Shown here: one piece after another, positions 1 to 9,598 of the stretch | Layout of the letters: every line of letters begins with the position of its first letter | Position numbering within the stretch: position 1 is the first letter of the stretch | Assembly: GCA_013151235.1 (NCBI GenBank) | Contig: JAADIO010000055.1 | Coordinates: 39,743-103,742, forward strand | DNA: 64,000 nt | Reading direction: 5' to 3' | DNA from: Deltaproteobacteria bacterium | Lineage (GTDB): Bacteria > CG2-30-53-67 | Notes under the pieces: generated by a model | Told to the model about the DNA's origin: nothing | The model's input: only the letters and a program-made list of their open reading frames with translations | The model's database searches: none | Made by a program: the position numbers and the translations under genes

Positions 1-1
1 C

Positions 2-745
2 GCCGCAGCGACCCTCGCTTGTTATGCCGAGATCGAAGATGTGACCCTGACACCCTCCGGGATTATCGACCTGCTCCGGGAAACGGCCGCCGCCCGCGGC
101 ATCGGAGCGGAACTGGCGCAGGGCTCCTTCCGCTATGCAAAAACACGGGGAAGAGCGGAGTGTGCCATGACCGTCAAGGGCTCGGAACTCCCCGCCTACG
201 ACCCGCGGGGGGTCTACGGCATGGCGCTGGCCTACGCCACCTCGACCCGGGGGGGCTGCCACCTCCGGGCCTACCCCATCTCCTACGAAATTCTTCGAAA
301 ACCGGTCGCCATGGACCGCTTCGATACGAGCGGCAAGGCCAGGGTGATCAAGATCAGTGAAGATCAGAACGCCGTGATCGATTCCCTCACGGCCTGCAAG
401 TTCCTCTTCTTCGCCGCCTCCCTCGAAGAATATGCCCGGGCGCTCTCCGGCGTCACAGGGATCCCGACCACCGCCCAGGACCTGCTGAAAGTCGGGGAGC
501 GGATCTACTACCATGAACGGCTGATGAATGCAGCGAACGGCTTCACCGCCGACGACGACGATCTCCCCCGCCGTTTCTTTACGGAAGGGGGGACCGGAGG
601 CGAAGGGATGACCATTCCCCCCATCGACCGGGAAGCCTTTCTTCATACCCGGTCCAACTACTACCGGATCCGGGGACTCGATAAGAAGGGGTGTCCCACA
701 CGGGAAAAGTGTGAAGAGCTGGGAATCGAATGGAAAAACTGGTAA
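2..745 (+). CDS. Aldehyde:ferredoxin oxidoreductase (AOR family, tungsten/molybdopterin), C-terminal part; 5' end lies outside the window
   Basis: The reading frame is open from position 2 with no upstream stop in the window. The translation matches the C-terminal domain of the AOR family (motifs like ...GGCHLRAYP..., GLDKKGCP). Confidence 0.8.
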   Translation, partial: AAATLACYAEIEDVTLTPSGIIDLLRETAAARGIGAELAQGSFRYAKTRGRAECAMTVKGSELPAYDPRGVYGMALAYATSTRGGCHLRAYPISYEILRKPVAMDRFDTSGKARVIKISEDQNAVIDSLTACKFLFFAASLEEYARALSGVTGIPTTAQDLLKVGERIYYHERLMNAANGFTADDDDLPRRFFTEGGTGGEGMTIPPIDREAFLHTRSNYYRIRGLDKKGCPTREKCEELGIEWKNW

Positions 746-1881
746 AAAAATATGCGATGAAACTGGTCGAGCAGGGGCTGGCCGAACCGGGCGCTCCCCT
801 CGTGGGAGGCCTCGATGCGGAGGTGGTCTGGAACCGGGACGACCCCCTCTGCTCGCTCTTAGAAGAGGTCTTCGACCGGCTCAACATCCAAAGCCTCATC
901 TTCACAAGGCCGGCAGAGCCCTACTTCTCAATCCTGAACCACCTCTCGGAGCGCACGGACGACGCCATCCATCCCGAGGACTGCGAAACCCGAACCTTCC
1001 TGCACGACATCCCGGTAGCGCGTAAGCTGACCGCCGGAAGGATTATCGAAGCACTGAAGAAAAGGAAGAGCCTCTACGTTAGAGGGGAGGGGATCGTCAC
1101 CTTCGGAACGGTCAGTCCGGAGCAAGCCTTCGTCACCTGCAGCTCGGTCTGCTTTGCCGGGTTCGTAAAGTTTTTTCTCGACTACTGCAACGGCCGGAGG
1201 GATCCCCGCGCGGAGGCGGTCTTTCAACGGGCCTTCGCCGCTTACAGGGACTTCGTCACCACCCTGCCGGAAGGAAAGCCGCTCCATAAAGGTCCCTATC
1301 ATAACCCGCAAGAGGTCATCGATGCAATGATCGAAGCGGGCAAGCGGACCATCAACTCCCGCATGGTCGACTCCTACTTCGGGAACATCTCCTATCGGTT
1401 GAACGGTACGATCTATATCAGCCGGACGGCAAGCTCCCTGGACGAGCTCGCCGGCTGCATCGACGCCTGCCCCATGGATGGTTCCTCCTGCGCGGGGATC
1501 ACCGCCTCCAGCGAATACACCGCCCACAAAGAGATCCTCGAGAATACGGACAACCGGGCCATCCTCCACGGCCACCCGAAGTTCTCCGTCATCCTCTCCA
1601 TGATCTGCGACAAGAAGGACTGCAATCGGAAAGACCGATGCCACATCGCCTGTCCGGAGAAACGGTTCGTCCGGAACATCCCGATCGTTCCCGGCGAAGT
1701 CGGCACCGGACCGACGGGACTCTGCCGCACCCTCCCCCCGGCCATCCGGGGAAACAGGGGCGCCCTCGTTTACGGCCACGGGATTTTTACCGTCGGCAGG
1801 GAGGACTTCCGTGAGGCCTTCGCGAATCTACTGCAGATCGAACGGATGTGCATGGAAGAGTATGAAAAACATTTGGGATGA
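730..1881 (+). CDS. Class II aldolase/adducin-domain protein with an N-terminal extension of about 200 aa and unknown function
   Basis: The C-terminal half carries class II aldolase hallmarks (GNISYR...ISRT, HGHP, VYGHGIFTVG...EAFANL). The start overlaps the AOR stop. Confidence 0.6.
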   Translation: MEKLVKKYAMKLVEQGLAEPGAPLVGGLDAEVVWNRDDPLCSLLEEVFDRLNIQSLIFTRPAEPYFSILNHLSERTDDAIHPEDCETRTFLHDIPVARKLTAGRIIEALKKRKSLYVRGEGIVTFGTVSPEQAFVTCSSVCFAGFVKFFLDYCNGRRDPRAEAVFQRAFAAYRDFVTTLPEGKPLHKGPYHNPQEVIDAMIEAGKRTINSRMVDSYFGNISYRLNGTIYISRTASSLDELAGCIDACPMDGSSCAGITASSEYTAHKEILENTDNRAILHGHPKFSVILSMICDKKDCNRKDRCHIACPEKRFVRNIPIVPGEVGTGPTGLCRTLPPAIRGNRGALVYGHGIFTVGREDFREAFANLLQIERMCMEEYEKHLG

Positions 1882-1937
1882 TTGCTTTTCTTCAAGGCCT
1901 TCATGGACTTCATGGTGAAGCTTTGCCCCTTTGATCT

Positions 1938-3116
1938 TTAAAAGGTCCGCGCGGCAATCCAGCCCCCGGCGATGAAGGTCCCGATGGCACTTCCCAGGTT
2001 GGCGAGGACCACGACCAGCAGGATCCGGCTGACCGGATTCGTCCAGAATCCACGGACGGTGGTAATGGCATCGGGCAGGTCTTCAAGATCCTTGACGGTC
2101 GGTTTCTTGACCCAGGCCTGTACCAACCCGGCGACCCAGCCGGCGGCGATCATCGGATTGAGACTGGTGATCGGCGCGCCGAAAAAGGCGGAGGCAATTG
2201 TCAGGGGGTGGGCGAAGGCCGCCGCCGCACCGAGGGCGGAGAGAACCCCGTTGACAAGAAACCAGATATAGACCGACTCCATGGAGTGGGTAGCCCCCCC
2301 TTTGAAGAAACCGAAGACGAGCAGGAAGATGATCAGCAGAGGAATCCCCCACTTCAGCAGGGTCGGGACCACCGATTTCGGCGGGGTCTCCATCAGCGGC
2401 TCCAACGGTTCATCCCGGTGGATATGCTCCTCGATCCCGGGCACGTGGGCAGCGCCGATCACGGCGACGATCTTTTCGCCGGGGGCACGGCGGATCTTTT
2501 GTGCGAGATAGATGTCCCGCTCATCGAGGAGCCTTTTTTTGACCTCGGGAAAGGCTTCGGCGAATTCCTTCAGGACGCTTTCAAGCTGATCCCCCTTTTT
2601 CATCTCTTCGATCATCTCAGCGTCCACATCTTCCGTGGTGAAGAGGCTCCCCACGAGGTGGACCATCATCTTCAGCTTATTCCAGAGACCGAGATACCCC
2701 CAGACACGCTTCAGGGTCATCTGTATATCCCGGTCCGCCAGGACCAGTTCCGCACCGTGGGCCTCGGCCTGACGGATCCCCTCGATCATCTCTGCGCCCG
2801 GCTGAACCCCCAACTGCTCCCCGAGCCGCCGGTAGAACGAGGAGAGGATCAATTGCGTCAGCAGGAAGAGGGCCTTCTTTTCACGGATGACCTTGAAGAT
2901 GTTCATCTGTTTCCAGGCATCCCGCTGGATGATGGCCTTGTACCTCGCCTCACAGAGTTCCACGCAGACCGTATCGGGTTGAAGAACTTCCACCGTTGTG
3001 CGGACATCCTCCACACTCTCTTTCGAAAGGTGGGCCGTCCCGATCAGATAGACTTCCCTGCCGTCCACCCGGACCTTACGGACACGGGCGGGAAGGGAGA
3101 TTTCCGTTGTTTCCAT
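1938..3116 (-). CDS. TraB/GumN family protein
   Basis: N-terminal YLIGTAHLSKES motif typical of TraB/GumN, plus a C-terminal hydrophobic region. Confidence 0.8.
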   Translation of the reverse strand: METTEISLPARVRKVRVDGREVYLIGTAHLSKESVEDVRTTVEVLQPDTVCVELCEARYKAIIQRDAWKQMNIFKVIREKKALFLLTQLILSSFYRRLGEQLGVQPGAEMIEGIRQAEAHGAELVLADRDIQMTLKRVWGYLGLWNKLKMMVHLVGSLFTTEDVDAEMIEEMKKGDQLESVLKEFAEAFPEVKKRLLDERDIYLAQKIRRAPGEKIVAVIGAAHVPGIEEHIHRDEPLEPLMETPPKSVVPTLLKWGIPLLIIFLLVFGFFKGGATHSMESVYIWFLVNGVLSALGAAAAFAHPLTIASAFFGAPITSLNPMIAAGWVAGLVQAWVKKPTVKDLEDLPDAITTVRGFWTNPVSRILLVVVLANLGSAIGTFIAGGWIAARTF

Positions 3117-3816
3117 TCCCGGATTTCCTTTTCTTCTGCAATTTTTTCATATGGAGATAGAGTTCCCGGCTGACCCAGGCATCCATGGCCGCATATCCCA
3201 CCTGGGCGGGAACCAACACATCACGGGCCCAGTTGGAACACTGAGACTTCTTGGAGATCCGAAATCCGAGGAGGACCGCAGAAAGTCCCCGTAGACCGTG
3301 GTTCTTGATCTCCATCTCCCGGGCCATCGTCCCCAGATCGACGAAACCGGCCGCCCTGAACGGTCCCAGCTCCTTGAGTTTCCGGATGTCATCGTCCAGG
3401 GCCGCACCCGCCTTGATAATCTGCGGGGAGGAGAGGATCTCCCGAAGTGGACGGGGGAATTTCAGGTGTCGAAGCTGGAAGAGGTAGACACTCCTCCGGC
3501 CGGCCAGTTGAATGAGAGAAGGTGGATAGGACTCCCCCTTCTTGAAGGAAGGCCGTGATTCCGTATCGAAACCGAGGACCTTCTCACTCCGGAGCCGTTC
3601 CAGAGCCTCACCCATCTCCTCACGGGAACGGATCACCCGGACGGTCCGCTCAAAACGGCGGATCGGCAGGGCGTTGATCTCCTCCCGGGTCATACGCCGG
3701 TCGAAACCGGGCCGGCCTGTTGACTCATCCGGCTTGTCCCCCCGCCGGACCGTTCCCGATTGAGTTCGCTCCTCGTGCATCATTGTCCTTTTACCGGACG
3801 TTCCACACCCGTACAA
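3076..3816 (-). CDS. 3'-5' exonuclease domain protein (RNase D / DnaQ-like fold)
   Basis: VLGFDTES...LIQLA... exonuclease motif I/II-like segments. The true start may be an internal Met (MMHEERT). Confidence 0.6.
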   Translation of the reverse strand: MYGCGTSGKRTMMHEERTQSGTVRRGDKPDESTGRPGFDRRMTREEINALPIRRFERTVRVIRSREEMGEALERLRSEKVLGFDTESRPSFKKGESYPPSLIQLAGRRSVYLFQLRHLKFPRPLREILSSPQIIKAGAALDDDIRKLKELGPFRAAGFVDLGTMAREMEIKNHGLRGLSAVLLGFRISKKSQCSNWARDVLVPAQVGYAAMDAWVSRELYLHMKKLQKKRKSGNGNNGNLPSRPCP

Positions 3817-3961
3817 AAACCTCCGGATCGGTCATCGTTCACAAATCTCACAAGTGACGTCAACAAGCTGCATCCATATCGACATCCACGCCGGGAACAT
3901 CCAAGGGAGAATTTTTCGGTGCAGTCGGTCTCATGATATACTTCATCTCACCTGCGAACGG

Positions 3962-4378
3962 TTAAGGCGAGCTGAATTGTGCTCCCGTAATTTTGCGTAT
4001 GGCAAGAAAATCTTTGCGGTTTTCAGTAATGATTATTGCACCGATACTCAACGCACTTAACGCAATCAATACATCGTGCGACAAGCTGACGGATTTTTTT
4101 AAATCGTAACCTTGTTTTGTCCTGAGTTCGTCCAGCACACGCCCCGCTTTCGGGAACAAGATCTTTGCAGGGACAAGAACACGGCGGGTCTTCTCAAAAA
4201 TAGCATAGAGGCGATCTACGCCTTCCCTGTTCTTCTTTGAATTGGCCCCGGCATAGAGTTCCATCGCAACAACAGAACTCAGATATCGGACCAGACCAGG
4301 CCCAAACAGCAATTTACTGTGCTTTCTTTCCCGAAACCAGTCAATCAGGATGTTCGTGTCAGGGACAACCTTAATCAT
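3962..4378 (-). CDS. vapC: Type II toxin VapC (PIN domain)
   Basis: MIKVVPDTNILIDW N-terminus typical of PIN/VapC. It overlaps the upstream small antitoxin ORF by 8 bp. Confidence 0.8.
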   Translation of the reverse strand: MIKVVPDTNILIDWFRERKHSKLLFGPGLVRYLSSVVAMELYAGANSKKNREGVDRLYAIFEKTRRVLVPAKILFPKAGRVLDELRTKQGYDLKKSVSLSHDVLIALSALSIGAIIITENRKDFLAIRKITGAQFSSP

Positions 4379-4562
4379 AGACCTTTTCAATCTCAAGCCG
4401 GCCGGCGAGCTTTTTCAAAACCATATCAATCTCACTATCTGCAATCACCTGACTCAAAGCCTTATCCACTGCATCGGTATCCGTTTTCGCCCCAAGAATT
4501 TTCCGGACCTTATCGATCTTCTCCTGGTCCAGTTTCAAATGCTTTCCTTTGATCGTCGGCAT
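4371..4562 (-). CDS. vapB: Type II antitoxin (VapB-like small protein)
   Basis: A 63-aa ORF translationally coupled to vapC (ATGA overlap). It sits on an AT-richer islet. Confidence 0.6.
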   Translation of the reverse strand: MPTIKGKHLKLDQEKIDKVRKILGAKTDTDAVDKALSQVIADSEIDMVLKKLAGRLEIEKVYD

Positions 4563-4613
4563 TCAGAGAACTCCCTTCATGAGATATGTTCAGAAGAACG
4601 TTATCAGAGATCA

Positions 4614-4640
4614 TGTACATTGTCAATAAATTCGTGTACA
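4614..4640. promoter_or_regulatory. Candidate vapB operator: TGTACA-N15-TGTACA in the vapBC promoter region
   Basis: Two palindromic TGTACA hexamers lie 15 bp apart, directly upstream (on the minus strand) of the vapB start. Confidence 0.3.
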
Positions 4641-4724
4641 CAAAAATATCAGGCATGAAGGCTGACAGGAAAGAATCCAACACCTTTTCTTTGACTTTAC
4701 AGATCCCCTCTTGATAAGACATTT

Positions 4725-5216
4725 TCAGCTCTTCATATTGACGTACTGGAGCGGCACTTCAAGATTGCTCTCCTTGAGCATTCCGATGACTTTCTGAAGG
4801 TCGTCGATCTTCTTGCCGGTCACACGGACCTGCTGGTCCTGGATCTGGGCCTGCACCTTGATCTTGAGTCCCTTGATCATCTTGACGATCTTCCGGGCCG
4901 TATCAATATCAATCCCTTCCCGGATCAGGATGTCCCGCTTGATCATCCCCTTGGAGGTCGGTTCGATCTCCTGATAGTCGAGAGCCTTGGAATCAATCTT
5001 CCGTTTGACGCACTTACCGATCAGGTCATCCTCCACGGCCTTCATCTTCATCTCGTCCTCGGTGAGGATATGAATTTTTTTTTCTTTCTTGTTGAAGGTG
5101 ATCTCCGTTTTGGATTTCCGGAAGTCGTACCGTGTGGTAATGGTCTTCCGGGTCATGTTGACGGCATTGTCCATTTCCTGCATGTCGATCTTGTTCACAA
5201 TATCAAATGACGGCAT
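4725..5216 (-). CDS. yajQ: YajQ family (UPF0234) nucleotide/c-di-GMP-binding protein
   Basis: MPSFDIVNKIDMQE... N-terminus and the overall ~160-aa YajQ architecture. Confidence 0.85.
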   Translation of the reverse strand: MPSFDIVNKIDMQEMDNAVNMTRKTITTRYDFRKSKTEITFNKKEKKIHILTEDEMKMKAVEDDLIGKCVKRKIDSKALDYQEIEPTSKGMIKRDILIREGIDIDTARKIVKMIKGLKIKVQAQIQDQQVRVTGKKIDDLQKVIGMLKESNLEVPLQYVNMKS

Positions 5217-5246
5217 GGTTGGTTCTCCTTTGTTTGAGTTCCGGGA

Positions 5247-5777
5247 TCAGAACTCGATTCCCTTACGTGCCGGCACCCCCTCCGTCTCGGCGGGATGCTT
5301 GATCTTTTTCATCTCCGTCACGTAGTCGGCCCGTTCAATCACCCGGGGATCGGCGCCCCGTCCCGTAAGGATCAGTTCGAGTTGCTCCGGTTTTTCTTCC
5401 AGCAGGCCCAGCAATCGTTCAACGGGAAGGAGTCCCTGTGAGACACAGTTGTTCACCTCGTCCAGGACGGCCAGGTCATAGGTGTCGCGAAGAATTTTCT
5501 CCCGCACCTCATCAAAATCGGTACACACCTGCCGGGCCAGTTCCTTCCGATCGATATTGGAATCAAAACGCGGGTGAATCTCGGGAAAACGGATCACCGT
5601 CATCTCCAGGGAGGCGGCCCGAACGGCAAGGATCTCCCCGGACACGCCCCGGCCTCCCTTGAGGAACTGAACGAAGAGAACCTTTTTTCCGTGGCCGACG
5701 GCACGGGAGGCCAGGCCGAAAGCGGCCGTGGTCTTTCCCTTTCCGTTTCCCGTATAGACATGAATCATCCCCCGCAT
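5247..5777 (-). CDS. cobO: Cob(I)yrinic acid a,c-diamide / cob(I)alamin adenosyltransferase (CobO/BtuR family)
   Basis: IHVYTGNGKGKTTAAFG P-loop plus the conserved VLDEV... region of CobA/CobO. Confidence 0.85.
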   Translation of the reverse strand: MRGMIHVYTGNGKGKTTAAFGLASRAVGHGKKVLFVQFLKGGRGVSGEILAVRAASLEMTVIRFPEIHPRFDSNIDRKELARQVCTDFDEVREKILRDTYDLAVLDEVNNCVSQGLLPVERLLGLLEEKPEQLELILTGRGADPRVIERADYVTEMKKIKHPAETEGVPARKGIEF

Positions 5778-7153
5778 GGAATCCTCTTTTCCGGCAGCTT
5801 TGCCGCCTTTTCCATACGGGTCAGGGCCGCTTCAAAAAATCCGACCAGGGAGAGATTCTTTGCCCGGTACCGGCGATGACCCGGATCGTTAAAATCCTCA
5901 CCGTCCATTTCCCGCATGATCTGCCTGCACCTCGGATAGATCGTTTCATAGAGGGTCTGCACCGCATCTTCATCAAAATGATAAGGTGCATCGTATTCCT
6001 TCGCACAGGCCCCGGGAGAAAAAGCCGTCCCCCGGAGGAGGAAGACACGATGGCTCAGAAGATGAGCCGTGCTGGATGGATGGCTCAGAAGATCAAGACG
6101 GAGGAGGGTCTCGAAATTGACACGCACATCCTCCAACTTCGTCTCCTTTTCAAACATGATAAACCCGATCGAAAGATGGATTCCGAGACCCTGCAGGACC
6201 TTCACGGCCCGGATATTCCGTTCCGCCGTCACCCCTTTCCGGAAACGCTCCAGCATCCGCTGGGAGAAACTCTCCACACCGAGGAAGAGATCGTGAAGTC
6301 CCGCCTCGCGCAATTCCGTGAAGAGGGACTCCTCCACATTATCGGCACGGCACTCCATACCAAAGGTAATCCCGGGCAGTCGGTACCGGATCAGACGGGC
6401 CAGTTCCGCAGACCGTTCCCGTCCCCGGTTGCCGGGGCCGCAGAAATTGGGATCGGCGAAATAGAAATAGGATGCACCGAACGCCTCCCGGACCCGGACC
6501 ATCTCCTCCACGATATTCTCCGGCGACCGTCCCCGCCAGCAGGCCTTTCCATGAGAAAGAAAATGAATGGTACAAAACCGGCACTGCCCGTAGCAGCCGC
6601 GGCTGCCGAGGATGTAAGCCGTCCCGCAAGCAAGCCTCGTTCGAAGGGGAAAGGCCAAGCGGTCAAGGTCCGATTCCTCCGGCCGCGGGATCAGGCAGGT
6701 CCGCCCTTTCTCCTGAAAGGCCACACCGCGAGTCTGCCGCCAATCCCGGTTTTCTTCCAGCCGGGCCGCCAGCCGGACGAGCGTCTCCTCGGGATCTCCC
6801 ACAACCACGCCATCGATAAAGGAAAACCGATCCAGAAGCCGGTCGTGAAAGGCACTCGGATAAAATCCGAAGAGAAAAATGCGGGAAACCTTTCCCGACG
6901 CCTTCAGACTCTTCAGCCCTTCAAGGAGGGGCTCCGTATATTCCCACTGATAGACGAGGTGGAGGATCAGTACGCTCCAACCGGCCGCAGGGGAGACCCC
7001 GGCGGTCTCGATCAGTTCCGCCTCAAACCCCGCCTTTTTCAGGGAAGCGACGGCATATCCGGCGAGAAGACAGGAGGACAGGGGGGTGTTCACCACATCG
7101 TCACACCGCGCCGCGCTTCTCCGAACGGGGGGATCGTAAATCACGAACTTCAT
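5765..7153 (-). CDS. B12-binding domain radical SAM protein (class B rSAM)
   Basis: N-terminal cobalamin-binding Rossmann-like domain followed by a CYGQCRFC radical-SAM Cx3Cx2C motif. It overlaps the cobO start by 13 bp. Confidence 0.85.
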   Translation of the reverse strand: MKFVIYDPPVRRSAARCDDVVNTPLSSCLLAGYAVASLKKAGFEAELIETAGVSPAAGWSVLILHLVYQWEYTEPLLEGLKSLKASGKVSRIFLFGFYPSAFHDRLLDRFSFIDGVVVGDPEETLVRLAARLEENRDWRQTRGVAFQEKGRTCLIPRPEESDLDRLAFPLRTRLACGTAYILGSRGCYGQCRFCTIHFLSHGKACWRGRSPENIVEEMVRVREAFGASYFYFADPNFCGPGNRGRERSAELARLIRYRLPGITFGMECRADNVEESLFTELREAGLHDLFLGVESFSQRMLERFRKGVTAERNIRAVKVLQGLGIHLSIGFIMFEKETKLEDVRVNFETLLRLDLLSHPSSTAHLLSHRVFLLRGTAFSPGACAKEYDAPYHFDEDAVQTLYETIYPRCRQIMREMDGEDFNDPGHRRYRAKNLSLVGFFEAALTRMEKAAKLPEKRIPCGG

Positions 7154-7274
7154 GGATCAGGGGTCTTTCCGGGAAAATAGATGTTTATCCGATCCTGCAG
7201 GGCTCCGCTCCAAAGACCTGCAACTACCTTGTCACAGGAGAAGAGGAGGTGTCAAGGAGGATTTCCCGCCGGAT

Positions 7275-8150
7275 TCAGTCGAAGAATCTGCCTTGGAGGG
7301 CCTCGACAACTTTCACGACGGCATCTGAACGATTGAGCGTATAGAAATGGAGATAGGAGACCCCCTGTTCGAGGAGTTCTTCACACTGCCGGATGGCGAT
7401 CTCCACCCCCACCTTTTCCATCTCTTCCGGCCGGCCGGCCAAAGGCGCCATCTTTTCTTCAACCCAGGCGGGAATCGTTGCTCCGCAGAAAGAAGCAAAC
7501 CTTTTCACTTTTGCCAGATCGGTGATCGGCATGATCCCCGGAAAGATCGGAAGCCGGAGACCCGCCCTTTCAGCCCTTTCCCGGAATGCAAAGAAATAAC
7601 GATTATCGAAGAACATCTGGGTAATGGCGAAATCCGCACCGGCATCCACTTTTTCTTTGGTATAGATAAGATCCGCCTCGAGCGAAGGCGATTCGAGATG
7701 TCCTTCCGGATAAACGGCCACGGCAATGGAAAAGTCGTGTGTTGAGCGGACAAAGGCCGCCAGATCGCGGCCATAGGGGAATTCTCCGGCGGAAGGGTCA
7801 AAATCCGGAATATCTTCAGGGGGATCGCCCCGAAGAGCCAGGACATTTTCTATCCCTTCCTCCCGGAAGGTTTGCAACAGCGTCGCCATCGAAGCACGGG
7901 TGGCACCGATACAGGTCAGATGGGACATTACGGTGAGTGAAAAGTTTTCCCGGATGGCACGCAGTGTTTTCAGGGTGCGATCCTGCGTACTACCGCCCGC
8001 TCCGTAGGTGACGGAAACATAAAGCGGATCCAGCCGACTCAGTTCCCGAACGACTTGCAGAAAAGCAACCATCCCGGCTTCCGTCTTCGGCGGGAAAAAC
8101 TCAAAGGAAAAGCCCTTTTTCCGTGTTTTCAAAAGGTCGGCGATCTTCAT
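7275..8150 (-). CDS. metF: 5,10-methylenetetrahydrofolate reductase
   Basis: FSFEFFPPKT, VTYGAGGST and HLTCIG motifs characteristic of MetF. Confidence 0.9.
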   Translation of the reverse strand: MKIADLLKTRKKGFSFEFFPPKTEAGMVAFLQVVRELSRLDPLYVSVTYGAGGSTQDRTLKTLRAIRENFSLTVMSHLTCIGATRASMATLLQTFREEGIENVLALRGDPPEDIPDFDPSAGEFPYGRDLAAFVRSTHDFSIAVAVYPEGHLESPSLEADLIYTKEKVDAGADFAITQMFFDNRYFFAFRERAERAGLRLPIFPGIMPITDLAKVKRFASFCGATIPAWVEEKMAPLAGRPEEMEKVGVEIAIRQCEELLEQGVSYLHFYTLNRSDAVVKVVEALQGRFFD

Positions 8151-8629
8151 GAGAGACAGCGTCCTTTCCGGTTGAGAGGTTGCCGGAGGAAGCCCCGCCT
8201 TTGCAGGGATTCCTCCGGTTGGGGGAGGTGTGAGATGGGTACTTGATGAGAAATTTGGAAACCGGAAGTTTCCCTTCCCCTCAAGGGTCCATGTCCTCTT
8301 CTCCTTTTCCTCTTTCCATTAGAGCAAATCCCATGCCAAGGGGGAACCCACTCCGAGGAGAAGACACCCGGACGATCTTACCGAAACGATGAATTTCTCC
8401 GTTCTTCAGAATGTTACAGGAGAATGGCAAGGAGGTGGACAAAAGAAAAAGAAGCGCAAAGGAATTCCTCTGTTCCAAAAACGAATGCGGGGAAGGGAGA
8501 AATTACCCCGGTGATTGCGGTAATTTTTCCCAGTCCATTTCCCGGCCGAAGGCCATTCGCAATCCGCTCCGCTTTATGTTAGAGTACTTTTCGGAAGAGA
8601 AACAACAATCACCGTAAACAAGGGAAACC

Positions 8630-9583
8630 ATGCAGCTTCGGATCGGACACCTGTCCACCTTTTATCACACATCGATCCTGCTGATGGCCGATCCGGAAAC
8701 CCCGGCACGCCTCGGCGTGGAAGTAGAATGGAAACTCTTCGGCACCGGCCCCGCAATTGTCGAGGCCTTCCGGACCGGTGAAATCGATCTGGCTTATATC
8801 GGCCTGCCTCCCGCCATGATCGGGATCGCTTCAGGAGTCCCTATTCGATGCATCGCCGGCGGACACATGGAAGGGACCGTGATCGTCGGGAATGTCGCCC
8901 ACCGGGACTTTGGCGATACCCACGAACTCGGCAGGATCATGGAGCAATTCCGGGGGAAAACAATCGGCGTTCCCGGCACCGGGTCCATCCATGACGTGAT
9001 CCTCACCGACACCCTCGATCGTTTCAACCTGGCGGACACGGTGCAAACAGTTCACTTCCCCTGGGCGGACGAATTAATGGAGGCGATGTTCCGGGGAGAG
9101 GTGGCGGCAGCCTTCGGGACACCGGCCCTGGCCGCCGCACTGGCCCATTACGGAGAGGGAAAGATCCTCTATCCGCCCCGCCTCCTCCGGCCGGAGAACC
9201 CGAGTTACGGCATCGTTGCGGAGATCTCCTTCCTGCAAAGGGAGGCGGAGATTACGGAGCGGTTTCTTCGACTCCATGAGGCGGCCACCGAAAGACTCCG
9301 AACCGATCCTTCCGGAGCGGCAAAAATTCTCTCCACCTTTATCGGTTTCATTGATGAAGCACTCGTACTAGAAACCCTGAAGATCTCTTCCCGTTACTGC
9401 GCACAGTTGACGGAAGGATACATCACCTGTACCCTAAGTTTTGCCGAAACCCTGAAACGGTTGGGCTACATTGAACGGACGTTACCGGAAAAGGAGATCT
9501 TCGACACCACCTTGATCAAAAAGATTCATGGTCCGGGAGATCACTACGGAGACGATGCTGTAAGGAGAGGACAAACTTCATAG
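8630..9583 (+). CDS. NMT1/THI5-like or MqnA/MqnD/SsuA-type periplasmic-binding-fold protein with no obvious signal peptide
   Basis: MQLRIGHLSTFYHTS...LAYIGLPPA pattern of the PBP-fold NMT1/SsuA superfamily. There is no N-terminal hydrophobic segment. Confidence 0.5.
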   Translation: MQLRIGHLSTFYHTSILLMADPETPARLGVEVEWKLFGTGPAIVEAFRTGEIDLAYIGLPPAMIGIASGVPIRCIAGGHMEGTVIVGNVAHRDFGDTHELGRIMEQFRGKTIGVPGTGSIHDVILTDTLDRFNLADTVQTVHFPWADELMEAMFRGEVAAAFGTPALAAALAHYGEGKILYPPRLLRPENPSYGIVAEISFLQREAEITERFLRLHEAATERLRTDPSGAAKILSTFIGFIDEALVLETLKISSRYCAQLTEGYITCTLSFAETLKRLGYIERTLPEKEIFDTTLIKKIHGPGDHYGDDAVRRGQTS

Positions 9584-9598
9584 ACAAGGAGATCGACG

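Noticed and set aside
19-360. ORF 19-360 (+) as a separate small gene at the window start
   Set aside because: It is out of frame with, and entirely inside, the strongly supported AOR C-terminal coding region.
928-1779. Long ORFs antisense to or overlapping annotated genes (e.g. 928-1779-, 2208-3173+, 5876-7180+, 17171-18268-, 18650-19627-, 35314-36891+, 37013-38254+, 40854-42212+, 61391-63364+)
   Set aside because: High-GC DNA lacks stop codons on non-coding frames. These ORFs have Arg/Pro/Gly-rich low-complexity translations and no recognisable domains, and each overlaps a gene with strong homology on the other strand.
8151-8400. SAM-I (S-box) riboswitch in the metF leader
   Set aside because: The leader begins with a CTCATCAAG-like string and contains CCGGCAACC reminiscent of S-box, but the intervening conserved SAM-I helices and the kink-turn are not recognisable.
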